DNA of 64,000 bases, from contig OZ286459.1 of NCBI GenBank assembly GCA_965644265.1, positions 125,674,001 through 125,738,000 of the forward strand, given 5' to 3'. Source of the stretch: Glycera tridactyla. Taxonomy: Eukaryota. Shown here piece by piece: positions 61,812-64,000 of this stretch. Under the pieces are notes generated by a model. The model was not told the DNA's origin and ran no database searches. It worked only from the letters and a program-made list of their open reading frames with translations. Position numbers and translations under genes: made by a program. Position 1 is the first letter of the stretch. Every line of letters begins with the position of its first letter.

Positions 61812-62003
61812 TTATCTGCAGGCGAGTAGCTTGACATGCATGTATCGTGCATGTTTGGTGGTGATATTGAACCAGATGCGGTAAGGCATAGTGAGCAGCG
61901 CCAGGGTCCATCCCCAGAAGCACGGACGTCCAAGGCACAAAGCAGACTTTTCACCTTTACACAGGACAAGTGTATCATCGAAGTCCTCGTGAATGTGGAG
62001 CAC
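61812..62003 (-). CDS. Terminal exon of a TMEM151-like transmembrane protein
   Basis: Acceptor GTTTTCAG, stop TAA at 61812-61814. CFWGWTLALLTMPYRIWFNITTKHARYMHVKLL resembles the recalled TMEM151 segment [33 protein letters not shown]. Confidence 0.7.
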   Translation of the reverse strand: MLHIHEDFDDTLVLCKGEKSALCLGRPCFWGWTLALLTMPYRIWFNITTKHARYMHVKLLACR

Positions 62004-62544
62004 CTGAAAACATAGGTATCTGTTGATGAGCTACATTATGGATGAAAATCGAAAACTACATATCTGAATCAAAGAGTTTATGGTATATAATACTGAAATG
62101 AATTTTGTATTACCATGTATTCAAATGTATCGGATAGTAATTACAGAACATGACTGGTGTATGGAGCTTTTGCAGTACAATACATTGCTCTTGGTATGAG
62201 AGACGGATTCTTCGATGAAGGCCATGCAGCTATGACGTAATGTTACTGATCTCATGTCTTCGCTGTGATACAGTGGCCAAATATATCTGACCTAGCGGAG
62301 GGCATGTCAATCCCTCTCAAGTTCACTTGGTACCACTCTCAGAGCAGGGCGATATATTGTGCCCTTTGTGACATTTTGAATCCTCACCCAATACGGAATA
62401 TTCGAATGAACAACAAAGCTTATCATGATTTAAATGGGCTGATTTTGTGTTCGGCAACATACACAATTGCCCGACTTGTATTTCATGGTCACTAATGATT
62501 CATGCTACTGGAGAATTGACGATTATCATTGGAAACTAAGTGTT

Positions 62545-63100
62545 ACCATTGGGGGTGATGTGGCCCAGGTTTAGCATCATCCCTTCTCTTTTTCCAATAG
62601 TTTGGGTTGAGTGAAATTATACTTTGAAAACTCCCAATCAACTGCCTTCGGGCATTTTCTACAGTATCAAAGGGTCCCTTTTTCTTCTCATCAATTGTAT
62701 CCCTCCAAACTCTTTCTTAGTTTTTCTGTCAAATTATCCCAGGTGTAGGTGGCAGACAATTAGCTTGTGATAGATATTGCCATTATGCATAAAGTTTACA
62801 CCTGACACACCAGTTCTGGGTGACTATGGCTGCAATTAAGTTTTTCTCGGGGGATTCCTAAGGGGACCTGACCTTCCGTCAGAGAAGGCAAACCTTTAAC
62901 AACGATTTTGTTCTATCAGGCTTGAGTGTTAGCTTGCAGCTAGTTACATAGTAGGACATGTCGCCCTCAGGTTTATCATGATCCTGTTAGATAGGTAGAG
63001 GCATGTCTGGACTGTCAGCTACTTCCATTCAAATACCTTTCTGGATGACAATCGTCTTGTGTTCAGGGATTGTTGAAGAGATGCCTGCATAAGACGAATC
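62545..63100 (+). mobile_element. Family B copy inside the TMEM151-like last intron
   Basis: Colinear with 4400-5090. Confidence 0.65.
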
Positions 63101-63214
63101 ATTTAGCATCCATGGACTGAAAGTACAAGACATACACTATCCTCTGCATTGATAGAATGCATTTAAACCACAACCAAACCAAATCATTGAAAAGTGAAAT
63201 TTAAAAATATCTAC

Positions 63215-63334
63215 CGGCGAGATGTCAACGTTCTTGTCTTTGCCTCGGTATTTCTCTTGTAGTAACTTGACTAGTTCATTGTATTCCCGCCTCGTCACAT
63301 CGTCCAAAAATCCAAAATCAGTACGCACCTTGTA
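63215..63334 (-). CDS. Penultimate exon of the TMEM151-like gene (5' part not found, probably beyond the window)
   Basis: TTTCAG acceptor, GTAGAT donor, 120 nt, phase 0/0. YKVRTDFGFLDDVTRREYNELVKLLQEKYRGKDKNVDISP joins in frame to 62003. Confidence 0.75.
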
Positions 63335-63617
63335 CTGAAATTTCAAGCGGCAAAGCAATGACAGAAACATGTACAACGCACAACTTGATATCAGTTACAT
63401 AAGCCCATAATATTATGTATCCCGAGCTTCAGCGTCAACAAATCATATTCTTACTTATATATATATATTTCGAAAAAGTGCCTTTTCCCCCCGAAAGTCT
63501 TGTGATATGGGGACCAGATGACACACTGTCTGTCTCTTCAATCGACTCTACACCGTCGACACGTCCACACTCACCAGCCCATCACTGATGTATGGAAGCC
63601 CAAGAGGGACATCTCGT

Positions 63618-64000
63618 ACTGTCGTAGCCGCGCTCTCCCACCCTCGTATCATCGCATCCGCGCTTTCGCACTGTCGTAGTGGCGCTTTCGCACTGTCGTA
63701 TCCGCGCTTTCGTAGTGTCGCATCCTCGTAGTGGCGCCCTCGCATTGTCGTAGTGGCGCTCTCGCATTGTCGTAGTGGCGCTCTCGCATTGTCGTATCCG
63801 CGCTCTCGCATTGTCGCACCCGCGCGACAATGCGAGAGCGCCACTACGACACTACGAAGGCGCCACTACGACAATGCTACACTGCGAGAGCGCCACTACG
63901 ACAGTACGAAAGCGCCACTGCGACAGTACGAAAGCGCCACTGCGACAATGCGACAGTACGAAAGCGCGGCTGCGACAGTACGAAAGCGCGGCTGCGACAG
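63618..64000. repeat. CpG-rich 22-bp tandem array arranged as a fold-back, truncated by the window edge
   Basis: GTCGTAGTGGCGCTCTCGCATT units up to 63817, then reverse-complement units from 63824. Confidence 0.9.

Overview
Eukaryotic, repeat-rich animal DNA of roughly 40% GC by eye, with GT-AG introns, microsatellites and three N gaps. It is most likely from a marine invertebrate (inference). The main feature is a 10-coding-exon + strand gene (CDS 27975-44666, 2922 nt, 973 aa by hand splicing). It encodes a dynamin-like GTPase domain, a helical region, a hydrophobic hairpin and a protein-kinase domain, similar in layout to DSTYK. The GTPase motifs G1, G3 and G4 and the kinase motifs Gly-loop, VAIK, catalytic Asn and DFG are all substituted, yet the frame and splice sites are intact: a candidate double pseudoenzyme. 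Its 7.8-kb third intron holds an uninterrupted CR1/L2-group LINE ORF (APE+RT) plus a nested stack of DNA elements. The last two exons of a TMEM151-like gene lie on the - strand near the right end. The rest is a dense mosaic of Tc1/mariner-type MITEs, hAT-like elements with unusual 5-6 bp target duplications, CCC-ended elements, several SINE-like families sharing one 3' tail motif, minisatellites and fold-back arrays. No rRNA, intact tRNA or CRISPR array was seen.
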